A stretch of 64,000 nucleotides of DNA from a virus, in IMG/VR virus record IMGVR_UViG_3300005573_000064, positions 32,001 through 96,000 of that record; one strand, 5' to 3'. The translations under genes and the position numbers were made by a program. Position 1 is the first letter of the stretch, and each line of letters begins with the position of its first letter. The notes under the pieces are model-generated. The model saw nothing but the letters and a program-made list of their open reading frames with translations. It was not told where the DNA came from and made no database searches. Below are positions 27,001 to 37,200 of the stretch, one piece after another.

Positions 27001-29849
27001 TCCGTAGGGGAGGATGGAAGGTTTCTCATGGTCTTCCATTTTAACCACGACCTGTCAAGAATGTTCGAGGCTGCGCCTCTCTCGGACTTGACAATCCCCA
27101 CCGACCCAAGCCTTTCATAGGCGGGACCGTATGTCTCAATGTCAATCGCCAGGTATTTTCCCGACTCGTAAGCCTTGCGGGCTCTTTGAATCTGTTCCTC
27201 CGGGCCGCCCTTCATTGACAGGCCAATCATGACATCGTCCTTGGTTTTCCATATCGGAAGTTCGGACATTCTTGTCGCCCCCTCGGGAACAATGGGAACG
27301 TTAAAATCCACCTGCTTCAGAAGGGATTGAGCGCCTAGCGTTGCCGTTCCGCCTTCCTCCAAGGCGTAGGATATTCCTGAATTCACGTCCACTATTCGAT
27401 GAGGGCCTTGAGGGCGCTCCTCGATCATCGCGCCATGTATGCTCTCCGTAGGAGTCTTCGAGCCACTATTAAAGGGGCTTTTGGCGGAGCCGCCTACGGT
27501 ATTCCAATTCATCTCTATTTCAGCATTCTTGTCAGGCAATATGTAGGACGTGTTGGCGGTCCGTATAAGCGTTCCAGTCTCTCCGTTAACCTCACCGGTT
27601 TCCAGATAGTCTTTCAATCTTTCCGCCAGATTAGGTACGCTGGCGTTATCGGTCTCAAAATATAGACGACCGTTCTCGTCCTGTTTAATATTTACCCCAT
27701 TCCAGGTTGACGGATGGGTTTTGAAAAGCTCCGTTAACTGTGTAGTCCACTTCTCATTAATTTTTCCAAGCTTTTCCTTCTCCTCAGCCTCCTCCTCCTT
27801 TTGCAACATGGCTTGCTCGGGGCTCGGAGTGTATCCCATGGCCTGGGCCTCGGCTTCCAAAGTTTCTTGAGGATTCCCCTCCTCGTCCTCTCTCGATGCA
27901 TTAAGACTTGTGACCTCTTCATCAGGCTGCCCTGTGATGGCGCCTCTTAGTCCATGCGTCCCGCCATGTCTGGCACGTGCAGTCTCCACTATCGCGCTTA
28001 TAAATTCATTTCCGATCGCCCCTATGTTATCCATCTTAAACTTGGAACTTCTTAGTGTCCACATAGTCTCCAAGTAAATGTTCGAGGCGATATCCTCGTT
28101 CAGGTCTCGATCCTCCCGCGGTGAGTAGGCGATCCTTTTAAGAAACGCTCTTCCGATCTCACTTTTGGAAAGCGCCCTGAACGAAGGCATCTCGCCTGAT
28201 TCGCTCGTTAGTTTCAGATCAACCATGATCTGCTCCACCGATCTTTCCTTGCCACCCACCTTGAGTTCATTCCTGGTAAACGTCTCCACCTCCTCGCCAA
28301 TAGCGCTTCTAGCGGCATTTCTTGCAACGGAGGGGATGAAATCTTCCGGTGGCTGCTCCGGGGAGCCGGCCCTCGCCACAATCTCCCGCACTAAGCTCTC
28401 TGGATCAAACCTAAGATATACTCTCGCTTTTTCCAGGCCATTCTCAGTTTCAGTAGTAAGGTTTTTCACCACGGGAGTCACCCTTTCAAACTTTTGGGTG
28501 AGAGGATTGAACCCCTCCAGCATGACGGCAAGCTTATCAGTTCGTCTTATCCCCATTCCCAGAGAGCTCGAGGAGGCCTCGTTCATTCGTTCTATGATAT
28601 GAGAGGTCGTATCAGGGCTCCATGCAGTCTCCTCGGGCCTTCCGTACAGATCATGAATCAGGCTTCGGGTCCTCCACTGCGCGTCCCTGTCAACGGAGTT
28701 AAACATAATTCGTGATAATTCCGAAAGGTCCAGAGGATGATCGGACTTGGACATGATCTCCCTAAGCCTGTTCAAATCCGATCTTCTGCTGGATTCGTAG
28801 TACGAATACTCCGCATCCAGGTTCCCCCATCTTCTAAACTCATCCTCCCGGTTGGACGCCTCCTCCTGATAACCGCCTGCTGTGTGCGGGTTATACTCGT
28901 CCTGCAGGGCGTTGACGTCCTCAATCCCGAATCCTATGTTTTGAAGTATCGAACTGAGTCGAGCGCTCTTCTTATCCTCCTCCCTCTGCACATCTCTTAT
29001 ATTCCGCTGGGCCTCCTTGATTACGTCCGCGAGAGTTTTCTCCACCTCTACGGCATGTGCCGACAGATGCCCTATCCCCTTTCCGGTTACATTGGTGTTT
29101 AAAGTCTTGAATATCCTGTCAACGCTATTGGCGGGCGTAATCTCCCCCGCCAACCCTCTTTTCAGAGTTTCTCGGAAGGATGGGGAGAACAGGTCGGAAT
29201 AGTGGGCCGCACTTAGTCTGGAAACGATCGACTTGGCTCTCATAACCCAGTTCGTGATCTGGCTTCCGGCCCTGCCGAGAGTGTCATGAAGACCCACCAC
29301 CGGCTCGCCTAGCTCCCCCATGATTCCGGTTTTGGCGTCCAGGGATATACGAACCGTGTGATCACGCTCTATTGCGTCCAGAACGTGGGTCGGTAGATTC
29401 TCCACCAGAACGTGGGAGAGAAAATCCAAATCCGATTCGGTGACGCTGCCGTCCTTTGGAATCAGCTTGCTCTCCTCGAGAGAGTCCTTGATGATTTTTC
29501 TGGCGGTCTCGTAAGCCCCCGGGGCCTTCTGCCGAACGCCTAGCTTATCGGGCGGAGGAGTGTTGCCGGTTCTTATCTCCTCCTTGACGGAGGCGCGAGG
29601 CTCGGAAGGCGGGGGCTCCTTATGCGTAAATCCCTCGAAAGGTTTGCCGTTCCTGTACAGGATGGTCACATTCTCAGGTTTCCAATCCTCGTAGGTTCCC
29701 AAGGTCTTGACATAAACCTGCAAGGTGGCCCCGCCAGTGGCGTTCTTCTTGATGGCGCTAATTACACCTACTCTGTGGGTTACGCGATCTCTAACCTTGT
29801 CACCTATCTTGTAATCATCCGGATTGAGGGAGTAAAATACGACTTTCAT
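24093..29849 (-). CDS. Giant multidomain protein (~1918 aa) with an N-terminal KOW/SH3-like segment, a sigma-factor-like segment and a DEDDh 3'-5' exonuclease domain
   Basis: Start moved to ATG 29849 (GGAGG 5 nt upstream). ExoI 'YLAIDIETYG', ExoII 'VLIYNEDVDL', ExoIII 'LHGAAYDAAV' (~26610-27160). Confidence 0.7.
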   Translation of the reverse strand: MKVVFYSLNPDDYKIGDKVRDRVTHRVGVISAIKKNATGGATLQVYVKTLGTYEDWKPENVTILYRNGKPFEGFTHKEPPPSEPRASVKEEIRTGNTPPPDKLGVRQKAPGAYETARKIIKDSLEESKLIPKDGSVTESDLDFLSHVLVENLPTHVLDAIERDHTVRISLDAKTGIMGELGEPVVGLHDTLGRAGSQITNWVMRAKSIVSRLSAAHYSDLFSPSFRETLKRGLAGEITPANSVDRIFKTLNTNVTGKGIGHLSAHAVEVEKTLADVIKEAQRNIRDVQREEDKKSARLSSILQNIGFGIEDVNALQDEYNPHTAGGYQEEASNREDEFRRWGNLDAEYSYYESSRRSDLNRLREIMSKSDHPLDLSELSRIMFNSVDRDAQWRTRSLIHDLYGRPEETAWSPDTTSHIIERMNEASSSSLGMGIRRTDKLAVMLEGFNPLTQKFERVTPVVKNLTTETENGLEKARVYLRFDPESLVREIVARAGSPEQPPEDFIPSVARNAARSAIGEEVETFTRNELKVGGKERSVEQIMVDLKLTSESGEMPSFRALSKSEIGRAFLKRIAYSPREDRDLNEDIASNIYLETMWTLRSSKFKMDNIGAIGNEFISAIVETARARHGGTHGLRGAITGQPDEEVTSLNASREDEEGNPQETLEAEAQAMGYTPSPEQAMLQKEEEAEEKEKLGKINEKWTTQLTELFKTHPSTWNGVNIKQDENGRLYFETDNASVPNLAERLKDYLETGEVNGETGTLIRTANTSYILPDKNAEIEMNWNTVGGSAKSPFNSGSKTPTESIHGAMIEERPQGPHRIVDVNSGISYALEEGGTATLGAQSLLKQVDFNVPIVPEGATRMSELPIWKTKDDVMIGLSMKGGPEEQIQRARKAYESGKYLAIDIETYGPAYERLGSVGIVKSERGAASNILDRSWLKWKTMRNLPSSPTDLTMGNPDEAEVSMLSEASQLLDKHKDLHVLIYNEDVDLGKLSAMAASHAKRLKGEGQTVMADEMEKASAIFKEANENRAINVLFLEQGANPKGGFQSLEHAALGRGLQIEEAQLHGAAYDAAVTAKVFEAGAGDYLGINPNEWQRLSSDDITNPIMYGRPTRSKDAFGNPINLPISNRMVKVEGVFSAENELTGGHEYYLHVNDVSGEAPRVIRANDALDLSVILQNLKPSGLSPEQANAESDRIALDLFQRQLHRLYTGERGGNSPFVHEVIDWRMEYANMPRKELLDKVADLERMVENGENVAEGTERIRWIRNYLINDPRMAKQYVEGKYWYDKQYSVYDKPFFDKISEEIRSGNIDRYEAELLIHRRNRELYGIGGEALARRGFPATPEKVVKPFHEWTITPRITNSYRIRVGDVGQTRYDIEEFALQTFRRKFSGDRNKGATFLTSMGLSRREALEFLESGRFAGNKTSKRGRIASHLISTGFTFENKTISALLAEAAQMPAKSDLGSDVSEMAGRIREYVKTHAEEQLRTNPSLNQEFIGVPLWKTLEEKGYTDTAANIEKIRKYEQGLWRLFSSRNVREGFIRSEEARLWEANPARKVEQLKFSSIFIPKMFKNNKWAPSVLGKTPQSYLASNEKEGYGVLASMLLRNAEREYSDSLLGTSTSFLNMYQKDEIERLLKWRHLDEAIKGVSRGVIRPVRVKDELVDIGKAIVPSSSGHQSFEDFLRSGTAEEILQKARANLRLSGYLQRAAEIYFGTNANPAVPSPVGVVGPGAGMSPAKTVVAALNQEIKNAESKGPSVARAALLGANTWARVSGKARDLVGVLAGRTELSSDALSSGIRAVLHNKRFQVAAGVAKAALVIMATLNAVNTKDEGEYEEAKEKEDKERKVETEHRADIQHQRVRIRVRGKIGGTLNPMHVINAIHTAIDMHTTSPTNRSQTLTEDRSGRERERGKVVHKILG

Positions 29850-29876
29850 GAGGGCCTCCGAGGACTTGTTTCTTAT

Positions 29877-29884
29877 ATTATAGC
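29877..29884 (-). promoter_or_regulatory. Putative promoter -10 element (GCTATAAT)
   Basis: About 28 nt upstream of ATG 29849 and immediately downstream of a terminator hairpin. Confidence 0.6.
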
Positions 29885-29891
29885 CCCCGAC

Positions 29892-29929
29892 AAAAAAAGA
29901 TCCTGAGTTTATTATGCGTAAACTCAGGA
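29892..29929 (-). terminator. Rho-independent terminator
   Basis: 11-bp perfect stem TCCTGAGTTTA/TAAACTCAGGA with a 7-nt loop, followed on the minus strand by TCTTTTTTT. Confidence 0.8.
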
Positions 29930-29937
29930 CCAAATAC

Positions 29938-29957
29938 GGGATTTAGTACTAAATCCC
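29938..29957. promoter_or_regulatory. Perfect 20-bp palindrome, possible operator
   Basis: GGGATTTAGTACTAAATCCC, intergenic, 7 bp before a plus-strand TATAAT (29965-29970). Confidence 0.45.
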
Positions 29958-30027
29958 TAGAGGATATAATGAGAGGGTTGGAAAGGACAATGATTGCCGC
30001 TTGCGACCAGGGATATGCTCCCTTGGC

Positions 30028-30255
30028 CTAGGACGGACCGTAAATATCGGTTAAATCCATGTTGTTTCTTCTAAGAAGACTTCTACGACTGAGCGTGTTG
30101 AGATGCCCGGGTATTTGGCGGCCTTCGTTTTTAATCAGCGCCTGCATCTCATTCTTTTTTCGGAGAATCGCTTGCTCGGCTTCGGATAGCCTGGGCTTGC
30201 CGTTTGATGACTTCTCCTTGGTCAGAACTTTTCTCTTGTTTTTTCTCACGCTCAA
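30028..30255 (-). CDS. Small basic hypothetical protein (75 aa)
   Basis: Lys/Arg-rich; start overlaps the upstream stop; GGAGG upstream. Confidence 0.65.
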   Translation of the reverse strand: MSVRKNKRKVLTKEKSSNGKPRLSEAEQAILRKKNEMQALIKNEGRQIPGHLNTLSRRSLLRRNNMDLTDIYGPS

Positions 30256-31196
30256 TTTACAGCCACCTCCTCGGATAAATATGACTTAAGATGAAATCTT
30301 ATCATTTGATTATAATTATCGACCCACTCCATGAAGTTATATTTGACATGGTCAAAGGACAAGGCCTTGGTCGACCTTATGGCGTCCCATTCATCCGACT
30401 GCCCAAAGAAGACGGTATAGGGAAGGTTAAAAGCCCAGCCCAGCCAGGAAATCCAATTATCGGAGACCGTCAGCAAGCAGGAGGGGTTGCCGATTATGGC
30501 TAGCGTTTCACCCAGTGACAGCGACTCCGAGGTGTTTATAACCTTTCCCGACTTGTCAATGTATATGTTGATGACACCAGGGAGAGGGCGCTTGAGGGAC
30601 ATTTCCATATACGTGTCTCTTAGGGATTCATCTTCCAGCGCGATTATCGCGTAATTGTCGTCTCGCACGGGCGCGCCATCAAGCTCCCAGGCGATGATGG
30701 ATTTTCTCAGTTTGCTTTTCACGCTCTTTAAATATCCGCGCGGAAAGGACGCATAAGGGGAGAGAGTCAACCTATCGGACTTCTTGGATATGGAGTACGA
30801 AGGTCTTACCGTTTTCAGAGCCTCCTCCATGGCCATCGACATTGATGACACCATGCCATAGGCCTGATCCGGAAGATCCTCCGGAGGAGCCTGCCCGGTC
30901 AGTCGTCTCATCTCCTCCATCCTGGCTCGGAGATCGGACTTGCCGAACAGAACGCCATCCTCTATTGTAAGGTCCAGGTTAACCGCAACATCGTATGGAT
31001 CAGGTGAAACCTTGCAATTAAAAACCCGGGAGGGAAGCCCGCTTAATACGGCCAACTCGCAAGCGCGTTCGTTCTCCAGGGATAGGTGAATGTCAAGAGC
31101 CTCGGGAAAATAGTCCATGCTTTCCCTCAGCGCCCTAAGGATGGCCAGGGTCTGCCTCTCGTCCCCCGTGGCCTCGATAAGAACCTTTTTCGCCAT
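30252..31196 (-). CDS. Glycosyltransferase family 9 (heptosyltransferase)-like protein, divergent
   Basis: N-terminal 'ATGDERQTLAILRALRE' and C-terminal 'SLGETLAIIGNPSCLLTVSDNWISWLGWAFNLPYTVFFG' follow the GT9 pattern, but the usual DSG..H motif is altered. Confidence 0.55.
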   Translation of the reverse strand: MAKKVLIEATGDERQTLAILRALRESMDYFPEALDIHLSLENERACELAVLSGLPSRVFNCKVSPDPYDVAVNLDLTIEDGVLFGKSDLRARMEEMRRLTGQAPPEDLPDQAYGMVSSMSMAMEEALKTVRPSYSISKKSDRLTLSPYASFPRGYLKSVKSKLRKSIIAWELDGAPVRDDNYAIIALEDESLRDTYMEMSLKRPLPGVINIYIDKSGKVINTSESLSLGETLAIIGNPSCLLTVSDNWISWLGWAFNLPYTVFFGQSDEWDAIRSTKALSFDHVKYNFMEWVDNYNQMIRFHLKSYLSEEVAVN

Positions 31197-31245
31197 TATC
31201 AGTTCCTTTCCCGGACCTCAAAGTCCTTTCAATCGCTCCATTTAT

Positions 31246-31253
31246 ATTATAGC
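31246..31253 (-). promoter_or_regulatory. Putative promoter -10 element (GCTATAAT)
   Basis: Intergenic between the 1990-aa gene and the GT9-like gene. Confidence 0.55.
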
Positions 31254-31267
31254 AGATTTTTATGCCG

Positions 31268-34200
31268 CTAGAGAAGAGATTTGATTGTGGCTTTAACAAG
31301 ATGCTGAGTCACATCCCTTTCAAGTCTCACATCGGCATACGATTCGGTCTCATCGTCATTTGACGCAACGGATACGTTCACGCTCAAGTCACTGACACCC
31401 ACTCCGGCCAGAAGTCTGGATAGAGTCTCCCGTATGTTCGAGCTGCTTCCATGTATGAGAGGAGTGGGCACGCCCACCGATTCCTGCTTGGCCTGAGCCT
31501 CGTTTTGCGGATATATTCCCAAATCCTGAGGGTTTATCTTCTCGTACATTGCGGTCATTATTCTCGGATTGTTCAAGTCCACGCTTTCAAGCCAACCGGC
31601 CCAGCTCTCATCAGGCAGCTGATGCGATTTGAAATAGTCCTCAAGCGATTCCTTTGGCGGAATTCGGGAGGCCTTTATGCCCAGACTAGGTCCCAAGGCC
31701 GTCTTCTCCCTGTTGCTAAGCAGGCTGAAGAACTCCCTTTTCTCCTTGGCGGTTCCATTCGTGGCTATGTCCATGGCCAGCTCACGCTCATACCTGGGCA
31801 ATCCCGCCATGGCGTCATTGAGAGGGGCTCCGGGTTTCGAGCCTATGAGGGTGTGCGCGGCCATCTCCCTGTACATCAAGGCTCGGGCTCCCATCGGTCC
31901 GAGCCTGAAATGCATTCTATTCGCCTTGATTAAATTATTAACTTCTCTGATAAGTTTTTTGTTAGCCTTATCCTTGGAGGCCTCGCTCATATCGGACATA
32001 AGAATGCGTCTTCTCTCATCTATCAGACGGTGAAACTGCTGCTTGAACCTGGCGCCTCTTTCCTCCATTGCGGTGGCCAGGTTTTCAACATTTATATGCT
32101 CCCTTTCTCTGGCCTCTATCGCGTACTGCCTGTACAGTCGTGAGTATTTTACGTATTTTAACGTATCATAGTACTCCTCTAGCTCACGTCTCTTTTTCAC
32201 ATCGGAGGGTATGTACTTTTTCCCGGTGAGTATCTCTCGGGCCATTCTTCTAATTGACGCCTCGCCCCCTATGGCGCCTCCGATAATCGCCCCTATCATC
32301 TTGCCCTTTTTGGTTCTTCCAAACAGGGAGCCTACGAACGCCCCCTCAGCCACCGCAAGAATCGGATTTCTTGCGGCCATGGCGTTCATGGTGGGTCTTA
32401 TCCATGTTCTGTACGGAGAGCCCCAGTCCCCGGAGTTGGTGCCATACACCTGCCCTCTCTTGTACTCCTCCAACGCGCTTCGAACATGCCAGAACTTGGT
32501 GTTAAACGGGGTGTCAAGATGGGCCGCCTTTTCCATGACGAACCCTATCGCCCGTTGAGTTCCGGTAAATCTGGCGGCAATTCCGGCAGCGGAATTGTCA
32601 TTCGTCAACTCCCGGCCTACACCGGAGCGGATGAGGCTGAGGTTAACATTTTTACCGTTTACGTATATTGCCGCATGCCGGGTGCCCAGCAGGTCGTTGG
32701 CCACCTGATTATCGGCACTCATAACCGCAGTTACTTCCGCGCCCGGCTTTATGCCATACAGACTGTAAAAGTAGGAGTTAAGGTCCTTGCCCCTGGGCTT
32801 TCTCAGTCCCGAGGCTCTCAAATACTCACGTATTCTTTCCTGTGAAACTCTGGTGCCGGCCAGACGAATGGGATGTGAGCTCTCCTTAACCATAAAGGTG
32901 TTGGCGTCCATGATTTTCTTTATGGTTAATCTCTCGGTATGGGTTTTTCTACTAAACTTGTAGTCGTGCAGCTCGTAGAGTTTCTTTTGAATTGACGCCC
33001 TGTGAATGGCCTCTCTTATAAGTCGCCTGTCGACTTCGCCCCTTGTCTTGTCCTCGGAGTTGGCCACGACTCTGGCCTGAGCCACCGCTAGTTTGAATTC
33101 ATCGGACCATGGAGCCACATCCGCTAGGATCTTAACTCTTTGAATAGCGGAGTATTGATTGTTCCCATGAAGCTTTTTGTAAGCCTCTCCTGGCAGTCTC
33201 AGCTCCCCGGACTGTATCAGGGCGTAGGGGTCGCCCTCCCTGAAGTTAATCATATAGTCAGAGCCGGGCAGCCAGTCGGGCATCGTATTGGGAACAGGGT
33301 CGTAGTACGAGGCGGTCCTATCCCGGTGAGGTATTACCCTGCGGATAAACTCGGAAACATCCCCGCCAACGGGCACTCCGGGAAGCACGGTGCCTCCAAG
33401 GTTTCTCTCCCAATACCTGCGCTCAAGTCCGTAAGCTCTGTCGGGAGTGGCCACTATCGGGTTGGAAATCGCGGATTGTCTAACTCCCAGGCTTTCCGCT
33501 ATCGTTCTTATGCCATACCCGTAAATTCCGGATATGTCCCAGTATTGTTCGGCCAGTCTTCTAGTCTGAAGGATCGGATTATGCTGACTAATTGGGAGCT
33601 TGGCAAGAGAGTCGGCAGCTACGGCTCGGCTCTTTATCGGAACCTTCGCCCCTACGAGCTCCAAGGCGGCTTCCACCTGACCCTTTCCACCATGAACCCC
33701 TTTGTTTACTCCCGCGACAATGGCGTGTCCGCCTTTTCCTCCGCCCTTTCCGCCTGCGCCACCGCTAACTCCTGCGCTCGGGTAAGACCCCTGCATCACA
33801 TCGGCTGGAACTCCGGCTGTCAGGGTGTACGCTCCCGACTGCGTAAAGTTCGCATATGCGGGAGCGGCCCCCTCATATTTGGTCGTCCCTCCGGTGTCTC
33901 CTTGCAGATATTCGGGATGGTAAACCCGAGTCGGCTTTATAATTCTTCCTACGGTGGAGTTAAGAACGTTCCCCCATATGGTGTTGGGATCGAAGGCCGG
34001 ACCGGATTCCACATAAGGTCTGTCCTGTCGATGCTTGTTCTCCCACCAGTAAGGGTCAAGAAAATGCCATAGGGTGGAAAGCGGGTGAGTCGGAGTGGGG
34101 AGCAGGCTATGGCTCCAGTAACTATCACTGTTCAGATCGGCAGTCGAAGTCTCCTGCCACTCGCTCATCTCCTTCCGATACCACGAAGGCGACCAGTACT

Positions 34201-37200
34201 GCACTCTGTTCCCGGTGAATGCCGTTCGTGAGCCTCCGAACCATCCCTTCCCTCTTCTTACCGGTTCGTATCCGTGGGCCAGATACTCCTTCTGCTCTTG
34301 ATAGCTTCTAGGCTGCCAGTAATCTTCAAGGCCCGGAACAAGGGCCACGACTTTTTGCTCTAAGCCCGTCAGATGCAGTATGTCGGAGATCTTCGAGCCA
34401 GCAAGGGCGGCTCTCGCCCTTATGTTGGCAATCTCTTCGTCCGGGCCGCCTCCCAGATGCTTGTTCGTAAAATGATTGATGTACTTCCAGTACTCTATTC
34501 CGATGTATACAGGCAGAACCCGCTTGAATAGAAGGCTCTTGTATGCATCGGTCGTATTCTGCATGTCCTTGGGATGAAGACCCAGACCGAACTCCGCAAG
34601 CATTCTATTCATTCTATAAGCGGAATGATACAATGCACCGGGGGTGACAGGCCCCTCGGAGTTATTGGTGCCGAACAGGTAGTCCGAAATTGCGCTTAGG
34701 GTTGGATGGCGCAAATTTTGGGCCGCCATCGGAGACGAGGCTATGGTATTTCCGCGCGCAATGTAGGAAGGAAGCTTGGATATATCCGGAAGCTTTCTCT
34801 CTTTTATCGAAGTCAGGACGGTGTCAATAAGGGAGGTTGAGGCGGGCGTGGCGTAGGGGGTGGCTCCGACTCCTTCGATGGTCTCCTCCGTTATCGCGTG
34901 CCATACCGAGGATGCACCGAACTTCTTGCGCGTGACTTGCCTTATTACTCTTTGCAGTTCGGCATTGTTTCTAATCTCGGAGGCTAAGGCTTCCGCCCGG
35001 TTACTTTGCTCGATGTAACTTGATCCAAGGCTCGATTCCGCTATGGCCTGCCATACTCTGGCTAGGGCGCTGTCGCCCTCCCTCCCTCCTATTTTCGAGG
35101 CATTGGCAAGTATATCCGACCTCACATTACTGAAGTTAGGGTTGGATACTATGGATCTTAAAACCTCGTCATGAAAAACATCCCTGATCCTGTCGTAACC
35201 GGACAGGGCATCCTCCTCTCCCAGAATGTTGGCCAGGTTAATTACTTTCTCGGAGGACGAGCCGTAGTTCCCCTGAACCATGTATTCAATATCGCTTTGG
35301 GCTATGCGTCTTGCGGTAATTCTGGTGTGCAACCCTCTAAGGCTGTTTACATTGTTGGAGGAAAAGTACTTCTCGTAGCCTGTAGGGGGAGCCCCGGTCA
35401 TCGCCCTGTCTATTTCGAGAGCCGCTTCGAGCACGGACTTATTTGACATATTCTCGTCAATAAGCCTTTCAAGACCGGAGCTAAGGCTAACCTTGCTTCT
35501 TATATCCCGCGTTATTATTTTGGAGAGCGGTATCTCTGACGAGATGTAAGCGGAGCCTCTTACGCCATGCAGAACTCTTTCAACATCGGCTACCGAGGAG
35601 GAGCCGTTAATAATATTTTGAAGGGCGGTGAGGGGATGGTCGGGGTATTCCTGCGGGCTAAGCATCCGGTCCAGGGTGGACATAAACTTGGACAGGCGCG
35701 AACGCTCCTCGCCCTGGAGACCTTTCGCGCCTGTCATTCTGTTTATAAATCCGGTGAACTCGGCATTGACTCTTTTGGCGGCCTCGTCAATGACCTCCCT
35801 TTCCTCCTTGGGGGTTTCCGCAACTAGGAACCTTTTTAGAAGAGAGAGGAATCCCGTCTTATCCTTATCCGAGGGTTTGCTAACGCCATGCTGTCTTATC
35901 TGCCTGAAGGCGGACTGGAATCCGTATCTTGCATCCTTGATTTTCCAATTAGCGGGGAGCGTCACCGTGCCGCCATCCTCAAGAGTGAGGAACACATTGG
36001 AACCTATGTAATAGGCGTCTCGTCTTAGCTTCGCGCCTTCGCTGAACAAGGCCTCCTTAAGAGCGGGAGGAACGGCTTCGTAAAGCTCTCTCTGAAACGA
36101 ACCGGCCCCAAGCGTGCCCGCAAAATCCCTGACTCCTCCTCTAGCCCATGGCATAAACTTAAGTGGCATCATGCCGCCAAAGCCTGGAGCCACCGGGAGG
36201 GTGAACTCATTGGCTAGAGCTTCGAATCCGGCCTTGGCCATGGACTTCCACGCCCTGGTGTTGTACGCGATATTCTCGTGAGCCAGCACCTCGGTTGGAA
36301 GTCTGTTAACTATTTTCTCCCAGTCAGCCTCCCCGGCCATCTTTACGGAAAACGCGGCTTGAGCGTACAGATGCTCCGCCTCACTCATTCCAACACCGCC
36401 CAAGGCCGTGCTAAGATTGTTCATAAACAGGGTCTTGGACTCCCAGGGAACCTTCTGCATGGACTGAGCGATTCTATCCGACTCCAGCTCGTCCTTCAAC
36501 GCATCCATGAATGTCGAGGACACCATGTCCCCGAGATTCATTTTCCGTATGCCAAGTTGGGAGTATATCTTGTTTGCAAAGGAGGATTCGTTGTTCCTGG
36601 CGGCCATCTCCTTGAGATGTTGGGCGAATAGTCTGTTCGCTTCAAGCACGCTCTCCGGGGAATGAACCTGACCTATGGATTTTGCAGCTTCTCGCGCCTC
36701 CGCCACCTGAGCGGCTCGCACCTCATCCACCGCACCGTAAGGATCTCTTCCGCTCATCCTATTCAGGATGCTTCTATAGTATGGATGGGCCAGCACCTCC
36801 TGATCAGAGGTATTGCTTAAAATATCGTAGGACCGGCCACTCTCCCTGAAGATGCTTTCCGCATCCTCGCGACTCCAGGCGTGTCGCTCCATAAGATAGT
36901 TTACGCCTACATCCCTTTGCTCCTGACGGGAAAGATCGCGAGCGACAAATCTATTGAAGCTCTCCATCTCCTTTCCGAGAGAGCTTTCGGCCATCCGCAT
37001 GTAATCCCCCGCATTATCCACGGAGGACGTTCCAAGTCTTACATGTTCGAGATTGCCGCCAAAGACCGCAGCCTCAATATGAGAGCCAAGCGACTGGATC
37101 CCGCGCATAAGCAGGCCTCCGAGCATTTTTCGGTTGCCGGCATTAGCGAGGAACGCGCCCGCCCCTATGCCGAGGGCTATTCCTCCTATTATCTTGGCGT

